From: a virus | Lineage: Duplodnaviria; Heunggongvirae; Uroviricota; Caudoviricetes | Direction: 5' to 3' (one strand) | Virus record (IMG/VR): IMGVR_UViG_2548877010_000018 | DNA length: 14,811 bases | Part shown: one piece after another, positions 1 to 7,465 of the stretch | Position numbering within the stretch: position 1 is the first letter of the stretch | Layout of the letters: each line of letters starts with the position of its first letter | Notes under the pieces: model-generated | The model's input: the letters and a program-made list of their open reading frames with translations, nothing else | The model's database searches: none | Told to the model about the DNA's origin: nothing | Made by a program: the position numbers and the translations under genes

Positions 1-615
1 GTTATGGGACTTGCCGGTGTTCTCCGGGGTAAAAAGGTCCGTACGACCATCAGCCGGAAAGCCGTTGCCGCAGGCGACCGCGTAAACCGTCAGTTCGTGG
101 CAGAACGACCTGACCAGCTGTGGGTGGCTGATTTTACTTACGTCAGCACATGGCAGGGCTTCGTCTATGTGGCGTTTATCATTGATGTGTTTGCCGGATA
201 CATCGTGGGGTGGCGGGTCTCATCGTCTATGGAAACGACATTCGTGCTGGATGCGCTGGAGCAGGCGTTGTGGGCCCGTCGTCCGTCTGGCACCATCCAT
301 CACAGCGATAAAGGCTCTCAGTATGTGTCACTGGCCTATACGGAGCGACTAAAAGAAGCCGGATTACTGGCATCAACAGGGAGTACAGGCGACTCGTATG
401 ACAACGCGATGGCTGAGAGCATCAATGGTCTTTACAAAGCGGAGGTAATACACCGTAAGAGCTGGAAAAACCGTGCAGAAGTGGAACTGGCCACACTAAC
501 GTGGGTGGACTGGTATAACAATCGACGATTGCTGGGAAGGCTGGGCCATACTCCTCCGGCAGAAGCAGAAAAAGCTTATTATGCTTCCATCGGAAACGAT
601 GATCTGGCAGCCTGA
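1..615 (+). CDS. IS3-family transposase OrfB (DDE integrase core), 5'-truncated by window edge
   Basis: ORF 4-615 translation is identical to the C-terminal 203 aa of the 296-aa OrfB at 9199-10089. The frame is open from base 1 (V codon preceding M). Confidence 0.85.
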   Translation, partial: VMGLAGVLRGKKVRTTISRKAVAAGDRVNRQFVAERPDQLWVADFTYVSTWQGFVYVAFIIDVFAGYIVGWRVSSSMETTFVLDALEQALWARRPSGTIHHSDKGSQYVSLAYTERLKEAGLLASTGSTGDSYDNAMAESINGLYKAEVIHRKSWKNRAEVELATLTWVDWYNNRRLLGRLGHTPPAEAEKAYYASIGNDDLAA

Positions 616-657
616 GTTCACAGATAAAACACTCTCCAGGAAACCCGGGGCGGTTCA
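1..657 (+). mobile_element. IS3-family insertion sequence (IS629/IS1203-like), 3' portion only; left part lies outside the window
   Basis: Bases 1-657 encode the same protein as the tail of the complete copy at 9157-10466 in opposite orientation (identical ORF translations). Terminal sequence ...cccggggcggttca ends at 657 with the CA end typical of IS3-family elements. Confidence 0.85.
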
Positions 658-709
658 GTAAGAACCATTAGTAACGATAACCCTGCTATTAGCTCAGTGA
701 TGTAGATGG

Positions 710-2086
710 TCATACGTCAGCCCCTTGTGCATATCGTCTGCCACGCGCAGCAGGTGCATTTGATGCTGTGCAAATCTGTCTGGCTTCATCCTGGTCACAT
801 GCAACAAAGTGTCCGTTACAGAACCGCTGGTAAACTGTACCAAGCGAGCCAAAACGGTTTTTCGTCACGATGATTTCAGCAAATGGCGCGGCGCTACTGT
901 TCTCATCATATACCGCTTCCCGATAGAGCATGATGATTGAGTCTGCGTCCTGTTCAATGCTTCCTGAATCACGCAAATCTGCGTTTGTCGGGCGTTTGTT
1001 TGGTCGCTTCTCAACATCGCGCGAAAGCTGACTCAGGGAGATAACCGGTGTTTTCAGGTCTTTCGCCATCGCCTTCAGGCTTCCGGAGATGTGAGCAATT
1101 GCGAGGTCGTTGCGGTCTGCTTTCGGCTTCTCAATCAGGCCAAGATAATCCGCCATGATGAGTGACAGGTTTGGATTTTCCTGCTTATGCCGTTCTGCGA
1201 TTGAGCGTATTTCTTCGACCGATAACCGCGAAGCATCGACTACCCATACATCCAAATCTGCAAGCTGACTCATGCCGTTAGCAACACGTGCCCAGCCCTC
1301 GTCATCCATCGATGCAGGATTTCGCAGTACGCTAACCGACATCCTCCCGGCGTTGGCAATGCTTCGCTCTGCAATCTGCAATGCGCTCATTTCCATTGAG
1401 AAAATCAATACCCCGCGCCGGACGTCAGAACCAGGAATAACGCGGCTTGCCACACCTTCGGCAATCTTCAGCGCCAGTTCGGTTTTCCCCATACCAGGAC
1501 GAGCGGCGATAATCACCAGGTCTTCTGCGTTCATCCCTCCAGTGATAGCGTCAAGCTCTTCGATTCCGGTCTTCAGGGTATCTGACTCTTCTCCGTTCCT
1601 CAGACGCCTGTCAAGCGTGTCAGTGTAGTCAGTGATGATTTCCCCTAACCGTACAGGTTTAACCTCGTCACGGGGCTTTCTGATGGCTGAAAGACGCTTT
1701 ACAAGTTCATCCATCGCCTGACTCGATGCGTCGATGGTTCCGCTTTGGATTGGTTCACGCATTTCATCCATGATTTCCAGCACCAGACGGCGGTGATAGT
1801 TATCCGCGACCATTCCGGCATATCCCTTCAGGTTTGCGGCACTCGGGCAGTTTTTGCTGGTCATCAGGATTGACGTGAAATGCTCCTCTCCGCACGCCTC
1901 GGCAACCATCAGCGCATCGATTAGGTTTCTGTTTCTCGCCTGCTTGCGAATAACCTCGAAGGCTTTCCGGTAGAGCGGAATTGAAAACGCTTCCGGCTCC
2001 AGCGTTGCCAGAACGTCACTGGCGGTTGGAGTTAATCCACCAATCAGCAGGCCACCGATAACGCTAGCTTCGATATCCTGTCTCAT
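710..2086 (-). CDS. DnaB-family replicative DNA helicase (phage type)
   Basis: 458-aa ORF with Walker A ([14 protein letters not shown]) and Walker B-like ([10 protein letters not shown]) motifs and DnaB-like N-terminal region. Start overlaps the stop of the upstream O-like gene (ATGA); SD aggggga precedes the start. Confidence 0.85.
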   Translation of the reverse strand: MRQDIEASVIGGLLIGGLTPTASDVLATLEPEAFSIPLYRKAFEVIRKQARNRNLIDALMVAEACGEEHFTSILMTSKNCPSAANLKGYAGMVADNYHRRLVLEIMDEMREPIQSGTIDASSQAMDELVKRLSAIRKPRDEVKPVRLGEIITDYTDTLDRRLRNGEESDTLKTGIEELDAITGGMNAEDLVIIAARPGMGKTELALKIAEGVASRVIPGSDVRRGVLIFSMEMSALQIAERSIANAGRMSVSVLRNPASMDDEGWARVANGMSQLADLDVWVVDASRLSVEEIRSIAERHKQENPNLSLIMADYLGLIEKPKADRNDLAIAHISGSLKAMAKDLKTPVISLSQLSRDVEKRPNKRPTNADLRDSGSIEQDADSIIMLYREAVYDENSSAAPFAEIIVTKNRFGSLGTVYQRFCNGHFVACDQDEARQICTASNAPAARGRRYAQGADV

Positions 2087-2904
2087 GCAATCCCCCTGTC
2101 TGCAAACTTCCCTTCCCGAACTCCCGTTAACGAATCTTCCCTCAGCAGGTAATCAAAATCTGCCGTCCAGCCCGTGTCGTTGTCTCCGAAGTAAAACGGC
2201 TTGGCCTGATGCACAAACGCCCTGACATACGCTCTGAAACCGTCCACGTTTGGCGTTTTCAGTTGCGGGATAATTTTCTTCAGGCGGCGTTTTCGTTTCT
2301 CGTTGACCGCAACAGCGTGTGGAAGTCTGTCACCGACTTCGGTGTTGTAGGCGTTCAGGAAGGATTCGTAGTCGATTCGTTCTGCCTTGCGACGTTCAGG
2401 TTTAACCTGCCCATCGCCATCCCCGTTAGGGGGTAAGGGGGTATTTGTATTTATTGTCTTTTGTATATTGTCTTTTGTGTTTAGCTGACTTGGCTTATAC
2501 CCATTAGCCGACTTGGCTAATGTTTTATTAGCTGTTTTAGCTAATGTTAAGCTGTCCTGGCTAATCCACTGAGAAACCACCTTGTTCACTCCGATTTTCA
2601 CGCCATCAGCAATGAGGAATTTACGCTCAATAAGCTGGCGCTTGGCAGCGCAAACATGAGTGTGATGAATACCTGTCATGGCTGCTATCTGCGTGTTTGT
2701 GAGTCGATCCATCGGCTTATTGAATCCGTATGTCTTGCGCATGATAGCGAGCATCACCTTCAACTGCCGGACGGTTAAATCAGCCATCAGCAGACTGTCG
2801 GTAATCTCGTTAGCAACGCGCATGAAACCATCTTCGGTATCTGCCACGCGATGCTCCACGACCTCCAGTTGAGGCCTGTAATCAGCTAACTTAACGACGC
2901 CCAT
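2083..2904 (-). CDS. Replication initiator, lambda O-like / replisome organizer
   Basis: 273-aa ORF with an N-terminal winged-helix-like segment and a low-complexity linker encoded exactly over the iteron array, as in lambda O where ori sits inside the gene. SD aggagtg lies 5 nt upstream. Confidence 0.75.
   Translation of the reverse strand: MGVVKLADYRPQLEVVEHRVADTEDGFMRVANEITDSLLMADLTVRQLKVMLAIMRKTYGFNKPMDRLTNTQIAAMTGIHHTHVCAAKRQLIERKFLIADGVKIGVNKVVSQWISQDSLTLAKTANKTLAKSANGYKPSQLNTKDNIQKTINTNTPLPPNGDGDGQVKPERRKAERIDYESFLNAYNTEVGDRLPHAVAVNEKRKRRLKKIIPQLKTPNVDGFRAYVRAFVHQAKPFYFGDNDTGWTADFDYLLREDSLTGVREGKFADRGIA
2440..2564. repeat. Phage origin of replication: four iterons plus adjacent AT-rich direct repeat
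   Basis: Iterons tagctgacttggctta (2482-2497), tagccgacttggctaa (2505-2520), tagctgttttagctaa (2529-2544) and taagctgtcctggctaa (2548-2564), spaced about 20-24 bp. Adjacent AT-rich tract with tattgtcttttgt repeated twice (2450-2477). Confidence 0.7.
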
Positions 2905-3052
2905 GTTTCACTCCTGCTTTGGCTAGTCTGTAAACACCAACAAGGCGCTCTGCGAACGCCCTGTTATTTGCTGCGGCTACCACTAATCCCTCAGGTGAAT
3001 CAGGGTGTCGAATCTCTTCTTTTTCCTGGTATTTCTTACGACGTTTTGTCAT
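2891..3052 (-). CDS. Hypothetical small basic protein (53 aa) between the cII-like and O-like genes
   Basis: ATG at 3052 (minus), open for 53 codons (MTKRRKKYQEKEEIRHPDSPEGLV...), stop overlaps the start of the O-like gene. Below the 60-aa ORF-track cutoff; no recognised family. Confidence 0.3.
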   Translation of the reverse strand: MTKRRKKYQEKEEIRHPDSPEGLVVAAANNRAFAERLVGVYRLAKAGVKHGRR

Positions 3053-3084
3053 AATTACTCCTGTGGATTGATCCAGTAATTCCC

Positions 3085-3381
3085 TCAGAATTGCATATCA
3101 ATTTGCTTAAAATCCTCGGTGGCAGCCGGGGATTTTTTCTTTGTGATTTCATCAAGCGCATACTTAAAAGCCCTGCTAATCGGACTGATGTCTGATGCCA
3201 TTCCGAAAGCACACAAGACCGAAGCAATAAACCGCCAGTCCGTTCTGCTTATCTTCGATTCATGACAGCCAATCATCTTTGCCAGACCGCGCTGTGTAAG
3301 CGTTGACAGGTTGATGAGTAAATCTGTTTCTGCGCGATCAACGTCGCGCTGTGATAGTTTGCTGTAACTTGTTCGTTCCAT
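3085..3381 (-). CDS. cII: CII-like transcriptional activator
   Basis: 98-aa ORF whose C-terminus (KKKSPAATEDFKQIDMQF) resembles the recalled lambda CII C-terminus (KKRPAATERSEQIQMEF). HTH-like core; sits after cro and nutR as in lambda. Confidence 0.7.
   Translation of the reverse strand: MERTSYSKLSQRDVDRAETDLLINLSTLTQRGLAKMIGCHESKISRTDWRFIASVLCAFGMASDISPISRAFKYALDEITKKKSPAATEDFKQIDMQF
3113..3141 (+). terminator. Intrinsic terminator antisense to the 3' end of the cII-like gene (OOP-like RNA terminator candidate)
   Basis: Hairpin cctcgg-tggcag-ccgggg (6-bp stem, one G-U) followed by attttttcttt on the + strand, inside the 3' end of the minus-strand cII-like gene. Confidence 0.4.
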
Positions 3382-3466
3382 TTCTTAAGATTTCCAATAG
3401 TGAATAGTTAGTTGAAAGGTATGCGTGGAAACGCATATGGCCTTAGTTGGTCAGATATCTTGGGAC

Positions 3467-3512
3467 TCGCTTTTCAGCGACGTAGGACGAATGTCCGTTG
3501 TTACAAAGAGCG
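3467..3512 (-). promoter_or_regulatory. nutR-like site (boxA + boxB) between cro and cII
   Basis: Minus-strand reading gives boxA-like cgctctttgtaacaa (3498-3512) and boxB-like hairpin tcgctgaaaagcga (3467-3480). The boxB core gctgaaaagc is shared with the nutL candidate at 6148-6161. Confidence 0.6.
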
Positions 3513-3522
3513 GCTCCGCTTA

Positions 3523-3738
3523 TTAAGCGGCTTTGTGCTCCGGCGGGAACACGTCATCAAGACTTACTTTTGCGCCTAACTTGTTTAGACACGCAACAAG
3601 AGCACGGCATGTTTTAAGGTCTGGGAAGCGACGACCAGATTCCCAATGTCCGATAGCTCCCTGTGTGCATCCAACTGCCTTAGCAAGTGTTGTTTGAGAG
3701 ATATTCAGTGACTCTCGATATTTTCGTAGGTTGCTCAT
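3523..3738 (-). CDS. cro: Cro-like repressor (XRE-family HTH)
   Basis: 71-aa ORF with HTH (QTTLAKAVGCTQGAIGHWESG), divergent from the cI gene across the operator region. SD ggaggg lies 5 nt before the ATG. Confidence 0.8.
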   Translation of the reverse strand: MSNLRKYRESLNISQTTLAKAVGCTQGAIGHWESGRRFPDLKTCRALVACLNKLGAKVSLDDVFPPEHKAA

Positions 3739-3854
3739 ATGCCCTCCATAGTAACCACGAATAAAAAATACAATATGTACTTCTCAAATACAAGTAAAAA
3801 TACACATTGTGCATGGATGGTTCCAGTACAGAGCGTAATAATAAGGACATGAAA
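3739..3854. promoter_or_regulatory. OR-type divergent operator/promoter region (pR for cro, pRM for cI)
   Basis: 116-bp AT-rich gap between divergent cro and cI. Contains near-palindrome tacaatatgta (3769-3779), perfect 9-bp palindrome cacattgtg (3803-3811) and repeated ATACAA half-site-like motifs. Individual -35/-10 boxes not confidently assigned. Confidence 0.55.
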
Positions 3855-4508
3855 ATGAAATGGTATGAACTGGCTAGATCCAGAATGAAAGAGCTCGGCA
3901 TAACTCAAGAGAAGTTAGCCGAAGAGCTAGGTATGACGCAGGGTGGAATTGGACACTGGTTGCGCGGATCTCGTCATCCATCTCTTAGTGATATTGGTGT
4001 GGTGTTTAAATACCTTGGTATTGATAACATATCATTCAACCACGACGGGACATTTTCACCTGTTGGCGAATACTCATCGGCCCCAGTTAAAAAACAATAT
4101 GAGTACCCTGTTTTTTCTCATGTTCAGGCTGGGATGTTCTCTCCAGAACTCAGAACCTTTACCAAAGGTGATGCGGAGAGATTGGTAAGCACAACCAAAA
4201 AAGCCAGTGACTCTGCATTCTGGCTTGAGGTTGAAGGTAACTCAATGACCGCACCAACAGGTTCCAAACCTAGTTTTCCTGACGGGATGTTAATTCTGGT
4301 TGACCCTGAGCAAGCTGTTGAGCCCGGCGATTTCTGCATAGCCAGACTTGGTGGTGATGAATTTACCTTCAAGAAACTGATCAGGGATAGCGGTCAGGTG
4401 TTTCTACAACCACTAAACCCGCAATATCCAATGATCCCATGCAATGAGAGTTGTTCCGTTGTGGGGAAAGTTATCGCCAGCCAATGGCCTGAAGAGACGT
4501 TTGGGTAA
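3855..4508 (+). CDS. cI: CI-type prophage repressor with LexA-like (S24) autocleavage domain
   Basis: C-terminal half ([21 protein letters not shown]...EVEGNSM...FKKL...[11 protein letters not shown]) matches lambda cI as recalled, including the Ala-Gly cleavage site and Ser/Lys dyad. N-terminal HTH domain is not lambda-like. ORF track starts at 3807 on TTG; ATG 3855 (SD aagga 7 nt upstream) or 3849 is the likely start. Confidence 0.85.
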   Translation: MKWYELARSRMKELGITQEKLAEELGMTQGGIGHWLRGSRHPSLSDIGVVFKYLGIDNISFNHDGTFSPVGEYSSAPVKKQYEYPVFSHVQAGMFSPELRTFTKGDAERLVSTTKKASDSAFWLEVEGNSMTAPTGSKPSFPDGMLILVDPEQAVEPGDFCIARLGGDEFTFKKLIRDSGQVFLQPLNPQYPMIPCNESCSVVGKVIASQWPEETFG

Positions 4509-4882
4509 AGAGGATAGATGGAGTTTAATGGCCATGAGTATCAAGCGGTCAAAAAGAAGTTCATCTATTCATTGAAAGCATAAGGCCATCTGAGTATATC
4601 CGTAATGATCTGGATATTGTCTATAACATCAATGACCGGACGATAGATATCGGTGAGCAGCGTCCTGTATGGCAGGGTGAGGCAGGTGAAAAAACGTCCT
4701 GCCATCAACAAGAATCAAGTGCATCCGCTCTCTGGACAGATGGAAAATTTATTGGATGCAAAAAGATATGAAATAACACCTGTATAGCACGGAGCTTTCT
4801 CTGACCGATGCACTTGAAGTTGTTAGGGCTGACCCAGCCTGCTGTTTCTTTAGGTAAGAGAAAAGAGATTTAGGAGATGAAA

Positions 4883-4909
4883 GGTCGCAGAGGTGCGGCC
4901 TTTTTTATT
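4883..4909 (+). terminator. Intrinsic terminator downstream of cI
   Basis: Hairpin ggtcgca-gagg-tgcggcc (7-bp stem, one G-U) followed by ttttttatt. Confidence 0.6.
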
Positions 4910-4935
4910 GAGAGTGGATCTTGAACGGAAATTCT

Positions 4936-4977
4936 CAAGACTTGAGTCTTGCATGCAAATCAATTCCTGGATAAACT
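4936..4977 (+). promoter_or_regulatory. Candidate sigma70 promoter with overlapping 16-bp palindrome upstream of the 173-aa ORF
   Basis: Palindrome caagact-tg-agtcttg (4936-4951) overlaps a -35-like ttgcat (4949-4954); 17-bp spacer; -10-like taaact (4972-4977). Confidence 0.4.
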
Positions 4978-5009
4978 CGATCTGAGTCAATAACTTAGAG
5001 AGAGAGCAA

Positions 5010-5531
5010 ATGGCAAAGTCAAACGTTAGCGTGCAGGCATTCAAGGACTTCCTTGAAGAGCTTATGTCGCTGAACATAATGAAGGAGGCCACCGCTCGAA
5101 ATTTAAAAAACTCATCCGCTCGCCTCTTAACGGTAGTCCAAGAAGAGGAAATGGGTGATGTTACTCAGCTTGATGTGAATGAGCTTGCCGAGCGATACAT
5201 CAACGCAACTGAGCCGAAGCCTAGCGACAGCAGCATTACTGCATATAAAAGCCGCATGGAAAGTGCAATCAAAAAGTTTGTAGCTTTCCAGTCTGGTGAA
5301 GAAATCCCATACACTCCGATTGACAAAGAATCCAGTGAGGAAAAAGATTTGACTGGCGAACCAACAAAAGTCGAAGGCAAGGCTAATGCACTTCATACCT
5401 ATGATCTTCCAGTAGTTCTTCGACCTGAATCAGGGGTTACAGTAACGATTAAAGGCATTCCTAACGATATCACAAACGAAGAAGCCGAACGCATCTCTTC
5501 AATTCTGAAGGTTTACGTTCGGCCTCAATAA
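5010..5531 (+). CDS. Hypothetical protein (173 aa), immunity-region accessory gene in the rexAB-equivalent position
   Basis: Longest ORF in the cI-to-pL gap, with a protein-like E/K-rich composition and no motif I recognise. Own candidate promoter upstream and terminator downstream; appears AT-richer than neighbouring genes. Confidence 0.6.
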   Translation: MAKSNVSVQAFKDFLEELMSLNIMKEATARNLKNSSARLLTVVQEEEMGDVTQLDVNELAERYINATEPKPSDSSITAYKSRMESAIKKFVAFQSGEEIPYTPIDKESSEEKDLTGEPTKVEGKANALHTYDLPVVLRPESGVTVTIKGIPNDITNEEAERISSILKVYVRPQ

Positions 5532-5704
5532 TGCAAAAGCATTCAGCACAATGTCCAACTCCCCAGTCCGACATTGATGCTGTTTAACCAGAGCCTCCAA
5601 AAGGAGCCCTTGTTAAGGTACACAATATTTGCGATGTAACCTTAGCGCGTCTGGTACATTTTTTCAAGCGGTTGTAGGGCTGCCGCCAATATGAGAAAAC
5701 ACAG

Positions 5705-5827
5705 ATGTCTACATACAATTTGAATGACCAATTCGATCGAGAAGTTCATGTGAATGCCTATGAACGGATAAGGCATGGAAATCTTGAACATGTGTGTGAG
5801 CATTATCGCTCAAGGCCACACCGCTAA
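5705..5827 (+). CDS. Possible small ORF (40 aa) immediately upstream of a terminator
   Basis: ATG at 5705, stop TAA 5825-5827 (MSTYNLNDQFDREVHVNAYERIRHGNLEHVCEHYRSRPHR); terminator begins 8 nt later. Weak SD; may be non-coding. Confidence 0.2.
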   Translation: MSTYNLNDQFDREVHVNAYERIRHGNLEHVCEHYRSRPHR

Positions 5828-5834
5828 TCATCAA

Positions 5835-5861
5835 CCCGGCCTCCATGCCGGGTTTTCTTTT
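5835..5861 (+). terminator. Intrinsic terminator closing the immunity-region moron
   Basis: Perfect 6-bp stem cccggc/gccggg with loop ctccat followed by ttttctttt. Confidence 0.65.
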
Positions 5862-5997
5862 CCTCTCGCCCAAAAAAACACATAACCAATTGTATTTATT
5901 GGAAAATAAATAGATACAACTCACTAAACAACGCAATTCTGATCTCTCCTTACATCGCCGAGGCAATACACCCACGCTAAAAAACAATACTATTAAA

Positions 5998-6070
5998 TAC
6001 AAAGCGTTGTAAAAAAACGCCCCGTTTTAGAACAAATTGTATTGACCAAGTGAAGTACATATCGTACTAT
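5998..6070 (+). promoter_or_regulatory. Candidate pL promoter with OL-type operator palindromes
   Basis: -35 ttgacc (6042-6047), 17-bp spacer, -10 tactat (6065-6070). Palindromes tacaaagcgttgta (5998-6011), aaaacg-ccc-cgtttt (6014-6028) and acaaattgt (6033-6041) share ACAA/TTGT half-sites with the OR region. Confidence 0.5.
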
Positions 6071-6115
6071 TTAACCATCAGCAGGACGCTGGAAGCCAAA
6101 TGGAACAGACTGGCA

Positions 6116-6161
6116 GGCTCTTTAAACAACGTCGACTCTCGACTACGTGGCTGAAAAGCCA
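6116..6161 (+). promoter_or_regulatory. nutL-like site (boxA + boxB)
   Basis: boxA-like ggctctttaaacaa (6116-6129; compare rrn boxA tgctctttaacaa) and boxB-like hairpin tggctgaaaagcca (6148-6161), about 100 nt upstream of the N-like gene. Confidence 0.6.
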
Positions 6162-6259
6162 GATCACCCAACCACATAAGCTGTGGGATGCAATGCCGAA
6201 GCAACCGTCTCAGGAGGAGCTTCGAGATTGCATCGCCAAAGTTTATTCGGGAGGAATCT

Positions 6260-6532
6260 ATGTCCAGAAAAACAGAATTTAAAGGCACCGCAGCTTCTCG
6301 CCGTAGAGCTCGTCGCGCAAACCTGCAAAGTCAGGAGGCGATTAGCTCCGACAAACTACACAGGCCAACCCCATCACGAGTGGTCTTACAATGCAAACGC
6401 AAACCAGCAATGAGAGCAGAAGTAATAACACTGACAACGTTGACCAGAAAATATGAAGGCTCAACTTGTCTTCCAAATGTAGCTCTTTACGCGGCAGGCT
6501 ACCGTAAATCCAAACAACTGACAGCAAGATGA
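6260..6532 (+). CDS. N: N-like transcription antitermination protein (arginine-rich motif)
   Basis: ATG 6260 preceded by SD gggagg. N-terminal arginine-rich motif GTAASRRRARRANLQ typical of lambdoid N proteins; sits downstream of pL/nutL candidates. The longer track ORF from 6188 lacks an SD. Confidence 0.65.
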   Translation: MSRKTEFKGTAASRRRARRANLQSQEAISSDKLHRPTPSRVVLQCKRKPAMRAEVITLTTLTRKYEGSTCLPNVALYAAGYRKSKQLTAR

Positions 6533-6590
6533 CTTGTGTTGGTCGCCAGAAAATGAAATTAGGCAGCAAACCACTTATTTGAGGTGATAT

Positions 6591-6842
6591 ATGGAATTTC
6601 ATGAAAGTGCGATTTGTGATTTTCGCGCTAACGCAAATTCAGTAAAACCACAGCCAATTGCAGTTCTTTTTAAAACAATGGGTGCGTGGGCTGTTTTATG
6701 CTTCGCCGCTGACGACACTGACGCAAGAATGGCAATAGGACAAGAGATGGAGATGGACCCGACAAACGATGAATTCATAATTTATGGCGCTCCATCTAAT
6801 TACTTACTTGATACCTGCAACATTTACAACAAGGCTGCCTGA
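6591..6842 (+). CDS. Hypothetical protein (83 aa) in the ral-equivalent position
   Basis: ORF with strong SD (gaggtga) 5 nt upstream of the ATG, located between N and ea10. Sequence does not match lambda Ral as I recall it. Confidence 0.55.
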   Translation: MEFHESAICDFRANANSVKPQPIAVLFKTMGAWAVLCFAADDTDARMAIGQEMEMDPTNDEFIIYGAPSNYLLDTCNIYNKAA

Positions 6843-6978
6843 TGGTGGCCTTTATTTTTGGCATAAACAACAGAATAAACACAGCACTGTGTATTCATTC
6901 CAACGAGTGAATACACGGAGCAATGTCGCTCGTAACTAAACAGGAGCCGACTTGTTCTGATTATTGGAAATCTTCTTT

Positions 6979-7006
6979 GCCCTCCAATGTGAGGGCGATT
7001 TTTTAT
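6979..7006 (+). terminator. Intrinsic terminator (tL-like) just upstream of ea10
   Basis: Perfect 6-bp stem gccctc/gagggc with loop caatgt followed by gattttttatct. A separate perfect 9-bp hairpin gtgtattca/tgaatacac lies at 6890-6917. Confidence 0.6.
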
Positions 7007-7024
7007 CTGTGAGGATATGAACAG

Positions 7025-7393
7025 ATGTCAAACATCAAAAAATACATCATTGATTACGACTGGAAAGCATCAATAGAAATTGAAATCGACCATGACGTAA
7101 TGACAGAGGAAAAACTTCACCAGATTAATAATTTCTGGTCAGACTCTGAATACCGACTCAATAAACACGGCTCTTTATTAAATGCTGTATTAATCATGCT
7201 GGCGCAACATGCTCTGCTTATAGCAATTTCAAGCGACTTAAATGCATATGGTGTTGTGTGTGAGTTCGACTGGAATGATGGAAATGGTCAGGAAGGATGG
7301 CCTCCAATGGATGGTAGCGAAGGAATAAGAATTACCGATATCGATACATCAGGAATATTTGATTCAGATGATATGACTATCAAAGCCGCCTGA
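7025..7393 (+). CDS. ea10: Ea10-like protein (lambda early-left accessory protein)
   Basis: 122-aa translation (MSNIKKYIIDYDWKASIEIEIDHD...TIKAA) matches lambda Ea10 as recalled. SD gaggat upstream. Confidence 0.8.
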   Translation: MSNIKKYIIDYDWKASIEIEIDHDVMTEEKLHQINNFWSDSEYRLNKHGSLLNAVLIMLAQHALLIAISSDLNAYGVVCEFDWNDGNGQEGWPPMDGSEGIRITDIDTSGIFDSDDMTIKAA

Positions 7394-7465
7394 GCGCGGC
7401 GTTACCGCATACCAATAACGCTTCACTCGAGGCGTTTTTCGTTATGTATAAATAAGGAGCACACC

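Noticed and set aside
1272-4372. Plus-strand ORFs antisense to helicase, O-like and cII/cro genes, and alternate-frame ORFs inside cI (1272-1628, 2209-2436, 2678-2872, 3036-3227, 3680-3901, 3943-4188, 4124-4372)
   Set aside because: Each overlaps a well-supported gene on the other strand or frame and lacks start signals; 3680-3901 would run across the operator region.
4850-5396. Minus-strand ORFs 4850-5092, 5127-5396 and 5165-5380
   Set aside because: Antisense to, or overlapping the start of, the better-supported 173-aa + strand ORF; no ribosome-binding sites; one spans the terminator at 4883-4909.
5709-6002. 97-aa minus-strand ORF in the AT-rich region upstream of pL
   Set aside because: It reads through the terminator hairpin and the operator-like palindromes, has a C/W/L-rich low-complexity translation and no start context; likely a chance ORF.
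6067-6602. ORFs 6067-6288 (-), 6100-6282 (+), 6183-6413 (+), 6342-6602 (-), and the long form 6188-6532
   Set aside because: They overlap the nutL site or the N-like gene in other frames or strands; the N-like gene is better started at 6260, which has a strong SD and puts the arginine-rich motif at the N-terminus.
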